Positions 32,047 through 44,417 of a stretch of DNA of 64,000 bases are shown here, in pieces (the first letter of the stretch is position 1; each line of letters opens with the position of its first letter). Source of the stretch: an uncultured delta proteobacterium. Its GTDB lineage: Bacteria > Desulfobacterota > Binatia > UBA9968. Under the pieces are notes generated by a model. That model saw only the letters and a program-made list of their open reading frames with translations, was not told the DNA's origin and made no database searches. The DNA lies in assembly GCA_963727625.1 (NCBI GenBank), contig CAVSHR010000002.1, positions 192,001-256,000 on the forward strand. Reading direction: 5' to 3'. Both the position numbers and the translations under genes were made by a program.

Positions 32047-32352
32047 CTATCCCCACCTCTTGCCCAGCGCTTCCAGTCCGGCTTCTTTTAGATCTTCAGG
32101 ACTCATGACAACGTGAAATTCGACGTCGGCACCGAAAGTCAAAAACCAAGGCTCCGCCAGCGCGGGAACCATGGAAGGCTTTTCCAGCTCAGCGACCATG
32201 ACAATAGTCCGCCGTCCGTTCATCTCCGTGAAGTAGGCAGCCTCGGGCTTAATTGCATCAAGTATCGCCTCGGTTTTGCGGCCCACGCTTCCGTCCTTGA
32301 CGGCGGCGTTGAAAGCATCGTGGGGCAGGCGAATAGTCAGAAGTATTCTCAT
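32047..32352 (-). CDS. Small conserved hypothetical protein (DUF3303/GYD-like)
   Basis: KPEAAYF...G.RT...LAEPWFLTFGADVEFHVVMSPEDL; GGAG RBS before ATG 32352. Confidence 0.7.
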   Translation of the reverse strand: MRILLTIRLPHDAFNAAVKDGSVGRKTEAILDAIKPEAAYFTEMNGRRTIVMVAELEKPSMVPALAEPWFLTFGADVEFHVVMSPEDLKEAGLEALGKRWG

Positions 32353-32437
32353 GGTCGGATCTCCTTTGTTGGTGTTTATCCTTTTTGATGAAAACCTCTG
32401 CGGTTCGAATGGAAGCAAATCCCGCCCGGAGCCGGGT

Positions 32438-32852
32438 TCAAGGATCACTCCAACTCATTGCCGGGGAACGCTCCGCGTCCGTCCAGTGACAGAGAAACTC
32501 GCGGTAGTGTACGATCCGTGGTTCTCGCACATCGAAGTTATGTCCAACGATTCTCGAATCCAATGCCCGATGACTTGTCTTTGCCTGCCTCCTCTCCCAG
32601 CACCACTACGGTTTGCCCATCAGCAATAAACTGTCGGGGAGTGAACGAACTAAACTCCCAGCTTCCTGCCAAGACATCCAGGAATTCTTGCACACCGCGG
32701 CGTCCTTTGGAGGCCCGACATTTTTCGAGATTTGCCGGTCCATTGACGACCGATTCGATGTTTTCGGCACAAAGGTTTAAGAACCGATCGACGTCGCCTT
32801 TAACAAAACGGCTATACACATCTTTGACAATTTCCAATGCGGACGCCATCAT
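32438..32852 (-). CDS. SnoaL/NTF2-like protein (frameshift near 32540)
   Basis: IVKDVYSRFVKGDV...GRRGVQEF...FIADGQTVVVLG...HNFDVR..RIVHYREF. Confidence 0.75.
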
Positions 32853-32883
32853 TCCTCCGTAAAGATGCTCGGCTGATCATCCA

Positions 32884-33322
32884 TTATTTCCCGATATCCT
32901 CATCCAGAGTCCAGGGTTATCTCGGACGAATTCTTCCATCAAATTCTTGCATTCCTGACTTACGACGACAATCAGTTCTACGCCTCTGGCTCATCAAGTA
33001 ATTCTCCGGCCCTTTGAATTCTTGTTCTCTCCGATGACCACCCTCGGAATACCATAGAGCAGGACTGCTCCGCTGCACATATCGCAGGGAGATAGGGTGG
33101 AGTAAAGAACGGATCTCTTGTAATCATTGGCTTTGATGCGGCCCGCATTCTCCAGGCAGTCCATTTCGGCATGCAACACAACACTTCCTTTTTGAACACG
33201 ACGGTTGTGGCCGCGGCCGATGAATTCTCCGTCAAGGACCAACACAGACCCTATCTGAATGCCGCCTTCTGCAAAGCCCCTCCTCGTCTTCCTCTGGCAG
33301 TGGCCTCCATGAATTCATCCAT
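32884..33322 (-). CDS. Nucleoside/cytosine deaminase (FCY1-like, frameshifted)
   Basis: GHNRRVQKGSVVLHAEMDCLENAGR, YSTLSPCDMCSGA and terminal W-EDIG. Confidence 0.85.
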
Positions 33323-33597
33323 CGGCCCACATCCCTGTTTTATCGCCGGCGCGAAGTCGCGTTGCCTTGACTCAAGTTTCGGAACGGTACATAGCGTAAA
33401 TTATCGGTCCACCCCGTTTCCAGTCAAGCATGTCAAAATTTTTTCATTGTATGGTTTTCGCATCCCATCTTCACGTGTTTGTTGAAACGGCTTTGATGGT
33501 TGCTCGACCGGAATCACCGTGTAGAACAATTTGCGCAAAATTGCGCCAGGTATGTAGAACGACGATTCGTGCGGCCGGGATTGGCGGTTGTGATAGG

Positions 33598-34345
33598 ATG
33601 CGTGAAACGAGCCAAGGGAAACATCGCTTGCTTGAACATGACGCTGTAACCGATCTCGATGGCTGGGGGCTGGTGGTTGTGGATATGCAAAATGATTTCA
33701 TTGCCGCCGGGGGATATTACGCGCGGAGAACGGAATTAGACGAGCAGGTGGCGCAGCGGAAATTGACGATGGAGGCAAGGAACCAAGTTTTAAGCAACTT
33801 GGATGTTCGTTCTCCGGGTAAATTTGCCTGCCCGGACCGAAACCGTTATCGCCGATTGTGGATAACGTCTTGCAGAGTGATCGAATACGCGAGGAGCGGA
33901 CGAAGACCCATCGCCTACGTGCGGGCGATTTATGACCGCGAATTCGATGTTCGACCGCCGTCGCTTCTACTGGACCCGGAACGAAGTCATTATCCTTGCA
34001 AACCGCGGAGCTGGGGTGCAGCGCTTATCGAACCCATTGCGCAATTCGTCGGCACCAAGACTATGGATCGGTCCAGAACGTAATCGAAAAACACACATTT
34101 GACGGGTTTTACCAGACTGAGCTTTTTCGTTTCCTCAAGAATTGCAAGGTGCGAACGGTGGTGATGGTCGAAGTCGAGACCCATGTCTATGTGCTGGAGA
34201 CGGCAAAAAGCGCCGCGGCGCATCAGTTTAAGACCACGATTCTGGAAGACCGCGAATGGACCGCCCAAGACGCGCTTGGCCGGGTGCTGACAGGGAGATT
34301 TTTGGCGACGCATTCGGCTCTACCGCGTCATTGCGAGAGCTCTTG
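33598..34345 (+). CDS. Isochorismatase-family amidohydrolase (RutB-like, frameshifted)
   Basis: LVVVDMQNDF, CKPRSWGA, VIEKHTFDGFYQTEL and ETHVYV. Confidence 0.7.
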
Positions 34346-34385
34346 GACCAGGATGCGTTGTCGAAAAGCCCGTGTTCTACACCGA

Positions 34386-35082
34386 ATGCTTGAAGACGAC
34401 TTGATCCAAATCGCCGGCGTGAAGGACGCGGCGGAAGCGAAACTGCTTCGGCACTGCGGTGTCAGATATCTCGGTTTCCCCTTACGCCTTGCTGTTCACC
34501 CGGAAGACCTGACCGAGAAGGAAGCAGCGGGCATCATTCAAACCCTCAAGCCCCCCACGTTTGGCGTGCTCATCACCTATCTCGACGTTGGACCATGCGA
34601 TAGCGGACTTCTGCAATGATTCAGGCACGCGGATCGTTCAGCTTCATGGCGACATCGACAAAGGCGAGCTGGAAAAACTTAAAGCCCTCAGCCCGTGTCT
34701 GACGGTAATCAAAAGCCTCGTGGTTGGTTTTCACACAAACAAGGCGCTCGAGTCCATGACGAAGGAACTGTCCCCACCAATCGATGCCTTCATTACGGAT
34801 ACCTTCGACCCCTAGAACGGAAAAAAAGGGGCAACCGGCAAGACGCATGACTGGGCAGTAAGCCGGCGAATCGTAGAGGTCTCCGACCGCCCTGTTATCC
34901 TGGCCGGTGGACTGACGCCTGATAACGTCCAAAGGGCGGCACCCGGTTAAGCGGCGGCAGGGGTCGATAGCCACACCGGAGTCGAGGATGCCGCGGGCCG
35001 GAAGAGCCGGAAGGAGAACGGTTTGTTTCTGAGGCCCGCCGCGGGTTCCGCGAACTCAAAAAGAAGGAGCCTATCGACGTGA
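34386..35082 (+). CDS. trpF: Phosphoribosylanthranilate isomerase-like (frameshifted)
   Basis: IQIAGV, VQLHG, DAFITDT, GATGKTHDW, PVILAGGLTPDNV and GVDSHTGVE. Confidence 0.75.
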
Positions 35083-35130
35083 AGCTCGTCGTACCGGCAA
35101 GCCTGCCGGCAAACGCGCATTACTTCACGC

Positions 35131-35634
35131 TCAATGCCATCCAATCAGTTTATGCGGACTCGCCGGCCCATGGAGCCGTCGGTCGTAGGTTCTCCATCGG
35201 CTGTTGCGGGATCCAGGCGGATCCTCCGTTTTGGGATCGAAGAAACGCAGTTCCAAGGTGCCTTCGACCTCGCGGCACTCTCGGGAAAACGAGATCGCGA
35301 TGTCTATTCGCGCGACCGAAGCAGGAGGGGCCCCATTGCCGATGGGGCTCGAGATGAAGTCAAAGTCGAGGGCGACCGCCTTTGCCTGGCCGCGCGTGCT
35401 CCGTCGCCATGCTCCTTGAAGGTGACTGAAATTGAAGGCGACTTCCGCCAAGCTCGTGATCTGCAAGGTGCCATCTTCCGAAAACGTCCATATGCTTTGA
35501 GTTCCGCTGCCCTCCTTGACAAGGTACGTGCCGGGAATGCAACCATCGCGCGCCTCAGACGAATGGGGGTCGAATAATTGAGCGAGAAACAAGGCCAGGG
35601 CAATAAGCGTAAAGAACTTTACAATCCCAAACAT
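35131..35634 (-). CDS. Exported hypothetical protein
   Basis: Signal peptide and GGAGG RBS; beta-rich; probable frameshift near the C-terminus. Confidence 0.6.
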   Translation of the reverse strand: MFGIVKFFTLIALALFLAQLFDPHSSEARDGCIPGTYLVKEGSGTQSIWTFSEDGTLQITSLAEVAFNFSHLQGAWRRSTRGQAKAVALDFDFISSPIGNGAPPASVARIDIAISFSRECREVEGTLELRFFDPKTEDPPGSRNSRWRTYDRRLHGPASPHKLIGWH

Positions 35635-35929
35635 GATGAACCTCCTGAGTGTAATTCATGATCTAAGTCGACTTTCTCATTTATGCAGTTACGAATGCGT
35701 CGCCAAAATCCGGTATGTCATTGCATGTTAGCGAGCGCCTGCTGTTACAGCGGGGCGGGCGGCACAAGACAGTTCCGGATGCGCGCCTTACATGTGCTTC
35801 CATGACGCGTTCAACTTCGGCGTTCAGGAGATGGACCAGAACGAGGGGGCAGGATCGCTTGCGAGGCTTGCCCGGCGTGGCACCGCATGGATTGTCGCGT
35901 GTCTTTTTCGTTTCCAGGCTGTTTCTTGC

Positions 35930-37456
35930 TTACTTGCCCTTCTTGAACCTGGCGGAGATAAGGTCGGCGGGATCGGTCACGGTTGAGACGCTGAAGGCGG
36001 CGATGAAACTATTCTTGACCGCCGCCAGGCCGTCGTAGTCGCCAAGGAAATAACCGCCGGCATTCGGCGCCTTACGAATATCAAACGATTCCTGGGTGAG
36101 CTGAAGCTCGCTCAACCCCGCGGGTCGGAACAGTCGCTCTTCGCCTGGGCCTGCAGGTGGCCGCCCACTGATCGGTCAGCCCTTCGGGTTCGGCGCCGTT
36201 GAAGCGAAAGTCATAATAAGTGATCGCGATCATACCTTTTCGATTGACCGCGATGGAAGGCACGAATGCTTGTTGGTTGGCGTTAAGCCAGCCCGGTGTG
36301 ATCGATCTGAACGGGCTCGGTCCAGGCGAAGCCGCCATCCTCGGACATGGAAAACGCCAGCGACTCGTGCGCGAAGTTGCTAAAGCGCGCGTCCTGCCAA
36401 ACTGCGTAGAGCGTGCCGTTTGTCGGGTCCACCGCTACGTCGAACAGACTGTCGGCGCTGCGCAGTGGCGCACCCGTGTCGGGGTCGCTGACGTCGAAGC
36501 TCGACTGCATGGAAGATACGAAGATCGGATCACCGGCCGGGCTCCAAGTCATTCCACGATCCAAAGATCGCTTCAAGGCCAGAGTGTTGGTCATGAATGG
36601 AGCGGTCGGAATTTCATCGATCACTTAGAAAAAATCGACCAACGCGCCATCGGGCATAACTATGACTTGGCTACCGACCGTCTGGGAATTGGGGCCCGGA
36701 TCATAGACCGTCCGGCGGTGCTTCCCAAGAGAAACCTCCATCGATGGTTCGGGAAAACAGCGCCGGTCCGCCGCCGTTGATGAAATCCAGTCGATCCCAC
36801 ACGACATAGACGGCCCGAGAGTCAAAAGGGTCGGCTGTGATCGACTGCTTGTCGTGCAAGCCTCAAAAAGTCTCGTCGATGACCGCCACCGGATTCGACC
36901 ATTCAAGTCGCCATTATTCGGCTTTTCCACTTAAAGGGCTGATTTTTCTTCGTCGGCGTGCTCTGAGGAGCAGCGGAACCAGCTGCAAAATTCAAAATAG
37001 CGAGTTAAATTTTGACGAGCGGTCGGAATGTCAGCCAGGGGTTGTCTTAGATGCGACTAAACTCGCCGCCGGTGCAAAGAGAGATGTTCGGTAGCGCCAA
37101 ATCGCTCCAGCTCTTGCCGCCATTCGAGCTTACACCAACGAGCAAACCGCGCGCGCCGCCGTTCGACCAGCGGTCTTGCTGCCACGATGCCACAATGTGC
37201 TTGGGGTTCGCCGCATTGACCGCAACCCATGGCTCGACTTCGCTGTCATTGGATACCGAGCCCGGCTGTGATTCGGGGTCGTCTGCGGTACAGGTATCGA
37301 ATGGGCTGAGGGCGCTGATCTGCGAAAGCCTTGCCGGAAATGCCCATGCTTGGAAAGGTCGATCTGGGCTGTTACCGGCTGGGGAGCCAGAATGGCACAG
37401 ACCAGGACGCCCAGCAAACTGGATCGATGAACAAGGCAGAGAATGGAAGCTATTTA
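35930..37456 (-). pseudogene. Sialidase/BNR-repeat secreted protein, fragmented, 5' end hit by IS200
   Basis: EVEPWVAVN..NPKHIVASWQQDRWSNGG, Asp-boxes SLDRGMTW and SEDGGFAW, AFVPSIAVN..G.IAITYYDFR and FLGDYDGL. Confidence 0.75.
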
Positions 37457-38074
37457 CTGTCCCACTCTGGGAGGGTTGAAGCCCTCGCCTTTAGGCGACG
37501 GCTTTAGCAAGTTTTTGTGACACTGTGGTAGTGTGTGCGGATGAAGGAGTATCGACGCGGAGACACACGGTATTCGAGATACATTTGCATGTGGTATGGA
37601 CGACCAAATACCATCGGGCAGCGTTGACGGGGGAAGTGGCGACGCGAGTAAGAGACATAATCCGTGAGATCTGCGGGCAACACGAAGTAACGATCCTGAA
37701 GGGACATGGTAAAGGACCATCTGCATCTGTTCGTGTCGATACCGCCGCAAGTGACAATCAGTCGGTTGATCCAATGGTTGAAGGGGAAGAGTTCGTACAA
37801 GTTGATGGGAGAATTTCCGCATTTGCAGAAGCAGTTTTGGGGTCGGCATCTTGGGCACGGGGATACTTCTGCTGCAGTAGCGGGAATGTGACCGACGAGG
37901 TGATCGCGGAATATATATCGAATCAGAATCATGATCGTGACGATGATTTCAAAGTAGACGGTTAAGACCATCAGCCGCCCATTGGGGGCGGAACTTTAAG
38001 CCGGCTTGTAGCCGGAACCCAGGACTTTGAGTCCGTTATTCGATGCCACCGCCTTTAAGGCGGTGGTTATTCAC
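37457..38074 (+). mobile_element. tnpA: IS200/IS605-family element (tnpA only)
   Basis: tnpA at about 37541-37965 (HVVWTTKY, DHLHLFV HUH motif, LKGKSS, WARGYF, YI.NQ; frameshifted). End hairpins TCGCC-TTTA-GGCGA and CCACCGCC-TTTAA-GGCGGTGG. Confidence 0.88.
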
Positions 38075-38278
38075 TTTGGTGATGGCTTCAGTAGCCGCTG
38101 AGTTTCGACCTTCAAAAATCGATAGATGTTTTCCCTTCACCGTGCCGTTGCTTGACTCGAGTTTCGAAAGAGGACATAGCAATGCTTATAGCCGCTTTAT
38201 TTTTCAGTCAACCACGTTGATATTATCTCTTCCTAAAGCTTTTGCCACTGCGGCGAAAGATTTTCGGATCAAATTTTT

Positions 38279-40250
38279 ATGCTACCGGTGTTAAAACGAA
38301 TGGCGCTAGGCTGTTCGCTGATCATGATCGCTTCCGCGGTGTTGTTGTTTTCCGACCTGAGTCAGCGCAAGGCCGCAGGCACAAAAATCCCTCGCGTGGC
38401 GAACTTCCAATGCGCTTCCGCAGCGGTACTGGACGACGGCGTTCAGGGAATCAGAGACGCACTGAATCAGGCGGGATACGTCAATGGCAAGAACATCGAG
38501 CTTCGGATGTTCAATGCCGAAAACGATATGCCCACGGCCAATGCCATCGCGAAGCAAATCACCGACGGAAGTTTTGATCTCGTGTTCACGGTGAGCACCG
38601 TCTGCCTGCAAGTCGTGGCGAACGCTAACAAGGCTGGCAAAACCGTGCATGTCTTCGGACTGGTGACCGATCCCTACGGCGCCGGAGTTGGGATCAAGCG
38701 AGACGATCCTCTCGACCACCCGGCGCATCTGGTTGGCTTGGGCTCCTTCCAGCCTGTCGCGGAGTCGCTCCGACTGGCGAAGACACTCTTTCCCGGCCTC
38801 ACCACCATCGGAGTGCCCTGGAACACCGCGGAGCATAGCTCCGAAGCCTGCGTCATCAAGGCGAGGGAGACCGCGCCCAAGCTCGGCATTAAGCTTTTGG
38901 AAGCAAGGTCGATATTCCGCAGGGGTCTGGAAGCATCCAGCTCGTTAGTTCCCGGGGGGCGCAAGCCCTCTGGGTCGGGCGCGACATGACCGTCAATGTC
39001 GCCGTGGATCCGCGGTGGCCGCCGCCAAGAAGGGCGGGTGCCGGTTTACCAACCAACCGCCCAACGCGCGGCGCGGCGCGCTTTTCGACCTCGGCGCCGA
39101 TTACCGCGAGGTGGGACGGCTCACGGGTGTTATAGGCGTAAAAATTCTTCAGGGAGCCGATCCAAGAAAAATTCCGGTGAAGAACGTCGTTCCCGAGAGC
39201 CTGTGGCTGAATACCGTGGCGCTGACAGGACTGAATGAACCCTGGCACATCCCAGAAACTGTGGCTGCTCATGCTCAAGTGCTGGTTGACGCAAAAGGCG
39301 TCCACAAAAGTTCTCTTGCTGCTATTCCCAAAGCGGTCGAAGGGCGGACCTATAAAATCGGTCTTGCCTATTTCGCGCCCGATCCGATTGGGGAAATGTG
39401 TCGAAAGGGTCTGTTTGACGGGCTCGAAAATTTAGGTTTTGTCCGAGACAAAAACCTCCAAGCCCGATTGGCCCATGCCCAGGGAGAGATAGCCAACATA
39501 CCGACCGTTTTGCAGACCTTGGACAATCTGGGGCTGGATCTGATCGTTTCCTTCACGACTCCGGTGCTCACTGCGGCCGCAAACATAGTGAAGCGAACCC
39601 CAGTCGTCTTCACGGAAGTCTATGATCCGATAGCGGCGGGTGCCGGGAAAACCCGTACGGAACACAACCCGAACATAACCGGCGTCGGTTCGTTTCCTCC
39701 AGTCGAAGAGACCATCGATATCATGCGGCAATTGCTGCCGGGGCTTAAATCCGTGGGCACACTTTATAATGCCTCAGAAGCCAATTCACGCAAAGTTGTC
39801 GGCGTGGCGCGAGAAATTTTCAAACAGCACGGCATCCCACTTGAAGAGGTGACCGTCGGCGCATCGAGCGAGGTTTATCAAGCAGCGCAAGCGCTATTGG
39901 GTCGAGACATCCAGGCGCTCTGGATTGCCGGAGATAACACCGCATCATTGGCGTTCGAGAGCATCGTCAAGGTTGCCGCCGACAGCCGCAAGCCGCTGAT
40001 CGTCAACGACCAGAAGTTCGATGAACGCGGAGTTCTGGCCAGCGTCGGGATCGGCTGGGAAGAGTCCTGCAAAAGAGCGGCGACGTACGTGGCCCGGGTT
40101 CTCGGCGGTGAAAAACCGGCAGCGATACCCTTTGAAAATTTTTCTCGCATGCACCTCGAGCTCAATCGCGCTCTGGCAAAGAAGCTCGGCATTGCCATTC
40201 CCGCCGACCTGAATAAAGAGGCGGATCAGGCTCGCGCCGCACGGGAGTAA
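38279..40250 (+). CDS. Tandem two-domain ABC substrate-binding protein (ABC_sub_bind/TrpX-like; frameshifts at about 38900-39015)
   Basis: Two repeats of G...L...G(Y/F)V.(G/D)KN...NA/HA, VF..V.DP..AG, (W/Y)N..E and G+KP..IP. Confidence 0.8.
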
Positions 40251-40255
40251 TAATC

Positions 40256-42224
40256 ATGGGGTTCGCGATTAAACGGCTATCCCTCGGCCTTGTGTTGATT
40301 GTTTTAGCAGCGGCAATCCTCCTGATCTCCGATCGAAACCAGCGCAAAGTCGCCGCAAGTCGGCTCCCTCATGTTGCCGTTTTTCAGTTTACCTCTGCTT
40401 CGGCGCAGGACGAAAGCGTAAGAGGCATCGATGACACGCTGCGTCAGGCCGGTTTTGTGAACGGGCAAAATATTCGCATCAGTCAATTTAACGCTCTGGG
40501 CGACATGGCGACGGCCAACGCAATTGCCAAGCAGGTGACCAATGGCGATTACGAAATGGTGGTCACGGTGACGACGCCGATATTGCAGGCGGTGGCCAAT
40601 AACAACAAGAGCGGCAAAACCATCCAAGTGTTCGGCCTGGTCGCGGACCCCTTCGTCGCGGGGGTTGGTCTCGATCGCGATCACCCCGATAGACACCCCG
40701 CTTACCTAACCGGTATTGGGACATTCTTGTGGAGGATTCATTCAAGCTGGCGCGGGAATTTTTCCCGGCGCTCAAATCCTTGGGGATCGTATGGAACCCG
40801 TCAGAAGCCAACTCGGCCTCATACTTGAAACGGGCACGCGCTGCCGGCATCGACCAGGGAATAAATATATCAGAAGCGCCGGTGGACAATAGCGCGTCTG
40901 TCTCGAAGCCGCTCAGTCCTTGGTGGCGCGCGGCGCCCAGGCGTCCGGGTCGGCGGCGACTCCACCGTCAGCGTTGCGCTCGACTCGGTGATCAAGCTGG
41001 CGAAGCAGTCCAAGATTCCATTCATGACAATCATCCCGGGGAATCCGAAGCGCGGGACGCTGTTCGATTTCGGCGCGGACTTTTACCAGGTGGGACGTAA
41101 GTCCGGAGAAATAGCGGCGCAAATTCTCCGTGGCACGGACCCGAAAGGCATTCTCATCGAGAATTATGCTCCCAAGTCCCTCGTGGTGAACTCGCTCGCG
41201 CTGGCCGGTTTAAAGGGTAACTGGCATTTGCCCAGGGGGCTGAGACACGACGGAAATATTTGTCGACGCCTCGGGAGTGCACAAAAAAAAATCGGCAACT
41301 GAAACAGAAATCAAATCAATTGCGCGTCATCCGCTCGCGAAAGCAATGGCAGGCCGCCATCATCGAATACATCGACTCCGGAAACCGAGGACGGCGAAAA
41401 AGGAGTGCTGGCCGGATTGCGTGAGGCTGGGCTGGTGCGAGGGAATATTTCAAAGTGAAAATCCGCAACGCGCAAGGCGATATGGCGACGTGAGCAGCCT
41501 GGTCGATGCCGCGTTGACCGACAAAACCAATCTGTTTATCGCAATCACGACGCCCGCTTTACAAGCTGTCCTCCGGCGCGGCGGCAACACTCCGATCGTT
41601 TTCACGGTAGTCTCAGACGGAGTTGCAGCGGGCGCCGGTCGGACGACGAGATATCGTGCCAACGTTACCGGCATCGATTTCAAAGGAGCTTATCCGGAAA
41701 TGCTCGCCCTGATTCGCGAGTTCTTCCCCAACATCAAAGTTCTCGGCACCCTGTTCGTGCCCGGTGAAGTGAACATGTACGCGAAAAGGAACGCTTGATT
41801 CGGGCAGCCAAGGCAGCGGATATAAAAATCGTCGCGCTACCGGTCACGTCGAGCGCCGAAATTACCGACGCTGCCTTGGCACTCACCGCCCACAAGTTGG
41901 ACGCGATCTGTCACTTACCGGGAAACTTGGTTTCTGCCGGTTTTCCAGCGTTGTGGAAGCGGCACGCAAGGCGAAGCTTCCAATCCTCGGTTTTCAAAGC
42001 CGCCAAGCGCGCGATGGCGCCGCTCTCGTGCTCGCACGGATCTCCGATTCCGCAAGGGAGGCCGGCCTGGTGGCCGCGAGTCATGCGCGGTGAAAATCCC
42101 GCTACCATTGCCTTTCGGAATTACGATAAAAATGAACTCATCGTGAACCTTAAGGCGGCGCAGGCCATCGGCTCAGCATCCCACTGCGCTTATCAACAAG
42201 GCCAAGGAGGTCATCGGTCGATAA
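40256..42224 (+). CDS. Second tandem two-domain ABC substrate-binding protein (multiple frameshifts)
   Basis: Paralog of 38279-40250: NALGDMATANAIAKQ, VFGLVADPFVAGVG, WNPSEANS, PIVFTVVSD and GENPATI. Confidence 0.75.
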
Positions 42225-42225
42225 G

Positions 42226-43466
42226 ATGGAAATCATCCGACAGTCGCAAGGCGATCTACTGATATTGCAGGCCACGGGCCGGCTGGATGCCTACTGGCCG
42301 GTCACCTGGGAAACGAGATTTCCGACGTGTTGCGCCAAGGCGCGCGCCATATCGTACTCAATCTCAAAGAGGTGTCCTACATCAGCTCGGCGGGCATCCG
42401 CATACTGCTTCAGTCCCAAAAGCAGCTCAAAGCCATCGAAGGGTTTTTCCGCGTGACCGAACCGTCACCGGGGGTTAAAGCCGTATCGAGCTCGCTGGGG
42501 TTGCAGAGTATTAGTTGAACGGGTCACAGCAGCTGAAGCTGCGCCTGCGGTGAAAACAGACGCCCAAACGCTGGAGCGTGGGAACGCCACTTATCAAGTT
42601 TTGCGCAGTGTTCCCGATGCGGCGTTCAAGGGACGCGTAGTCGGCAATCCGGATTTGCTGTCCGGGTGTCGCTACGTGAAGGAAAACTGCCAAGAAGTTG
42701 CCTTCGGGGAAACGGCGCTCGGCGTGGGACTCGGGGCGTTCGGCAATGACTTCGAAAATTCCATGCGCGCTTCGGAGAGTTCTTGGCGGTGGCGGGCAGT
42801 GCCGCTTATTTGCCGACGGACGGGACTAACGTTCCGGACTACATTTGTCGAAGGGGGAATTCGTGCCCCATTGCAGGTCCTCTAGGGTATTACTTGTGAA
42901 GGAGAGTTTTCCAAGGTCGTTCAGTTCGAACGAAAAAATGACACTCATAGAGTAAAGCTCCATGAGGTCGTTGAAGCATGTCAGGATATTTCGCTGCCCA
43001 AGCCATCGCCCTGGTAATGCTCGTTGAATCCGCCGGCCTGATGGGAGCTTCATTGTTGCGTTCACCGGCGCTGCCGGCACCGGCGGGCGCTCCATTTCAC
43101 CATCCCGAGATTCGCCAATGGCTCTCGTTCACCAGCGAAAGAGCTTTTTCGCGCTCCTTGACGCTCGTCGTCGGCGTTGCCGCGCCGATGGAAAAGCAAG
43201 ATCTTCGAGCGTTGCTTCGACCTCTCGGAGAAAATTCCACCGCCGGCGGTCATTTCCATGCTGCGGCGTTTTCTTATCGTCCCCTGAGGCGAGGAGAAAC
43301 CGATCTTAAAAATGCCACTACGGCGTTGTTCGAAGCCGAGACCTTGCAGGGAGTGCTGCATCTCATCAACGATGAACGGCTAATTTCGGGCGCGGGGGAA
43401 AGCGAATTTCTTCGCGGCGCCTGCTGGGTCGGTCCGATAACTGAAATTTCAACGAACGGAAACTAA
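42226..43466 (+). CDS. STAS domain fused to an uncharacterised HxH..H domain, copy 1 (frameshifted)
   Basis: GRLDAYW, VSYISSAGIRILL, GVGLGAFG..FGEFLAVAGSAAYLPTDG, GHFHAAAFSY and VLHLIND. Confidence 0.75.
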
Positions 43467-43467
43467 T

Positions 43468-44417
43468 ATGGCACTCTTGATCGGCGCGCTCACTATCGGT
43501 TTGATCCTCTCCTTGCTGGCATTGGGCGTCTTCATCAGTTTTCGCATCTTTCATTTTCCCGACATTACCGCAGACGGCTCGATCACCTTCGGCGCTGCGG
43601 TGGCCGCGGTGTTGCTCGTCAAGGGCTTTTCTCCCCTCATCGCAACAGCCGCGGGTTTTTGTGCCGGACTGCTAGCCGGTACCGTCACCGGGATTCTTGC
43701 GACTAAATTCAAAATTCAAGGGCTTCTCGCCGGCATTCTGGTCATGACCGCGCTCTACTCGGTGAATCTCCACGTGATGGGAAAGAGCAACGTGCCCCTC
43801 TTATCGGAATCCACTGTGACCACCTTCGCCGAGCGTGCAGGGACGGTGGTCTTTCAAACCGCGGATGATATTAAGATTGCGGGTTGGGATGTCAGCGTGC
43901 GCGATGTCTCGACGGTCGTGCTTGCAGCGGTGGTGGTTTTGATTGTCGGACTAACTTTATATGTGTTCTTTCGCACGAATCTCGGCACCGCCATGAGGGC
44001 GCCGGCGACAACGACCAGATGATTCGGGCCCTTGGAGTCAATGTCGAGGCCGTGACGATTCTCGGTCTCGCGCTTTCCAACGGCCTCATCGGATTGGCGG
44101 GGGCGTTGCTGGCGCAGTACCAAGGATTTGCCGACGTGCAGATGGGCATCGGCATGGTGGTCTGGGGGCTGGCGAGCGTCATTATCGGCGAGGCGTTGGT
44201 CGGAAAGGGGAGCTTTGGGCTGACACTCACCGGGGCGGTCATGGGATCGGTGCTGTTCCGGCTTCTGGTGGCGATCGCCCTGCGCTGGGGCTTGGATCCC
44301 AACGATCTCAAATTGATCACCGCGTTGTTCGTGTTTGCCGCGCTAGTTCTGCCCTCTCTCTTAAAAAAGCTGGAAAGGAAACCGGTTCTTGTAACCGGCT
44401 CGGCGACGCATGCTTGA
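43468..44417 (+). CDS. ABC transporter permease (frameshift near 44000)
   Basis: FRIFHFPDITADGS, LAGILVMTALYSVNLHVMG, QYQGFADVQMGIGMVV.GLASVIIG and DLKLITA. Confidence 0.88.
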
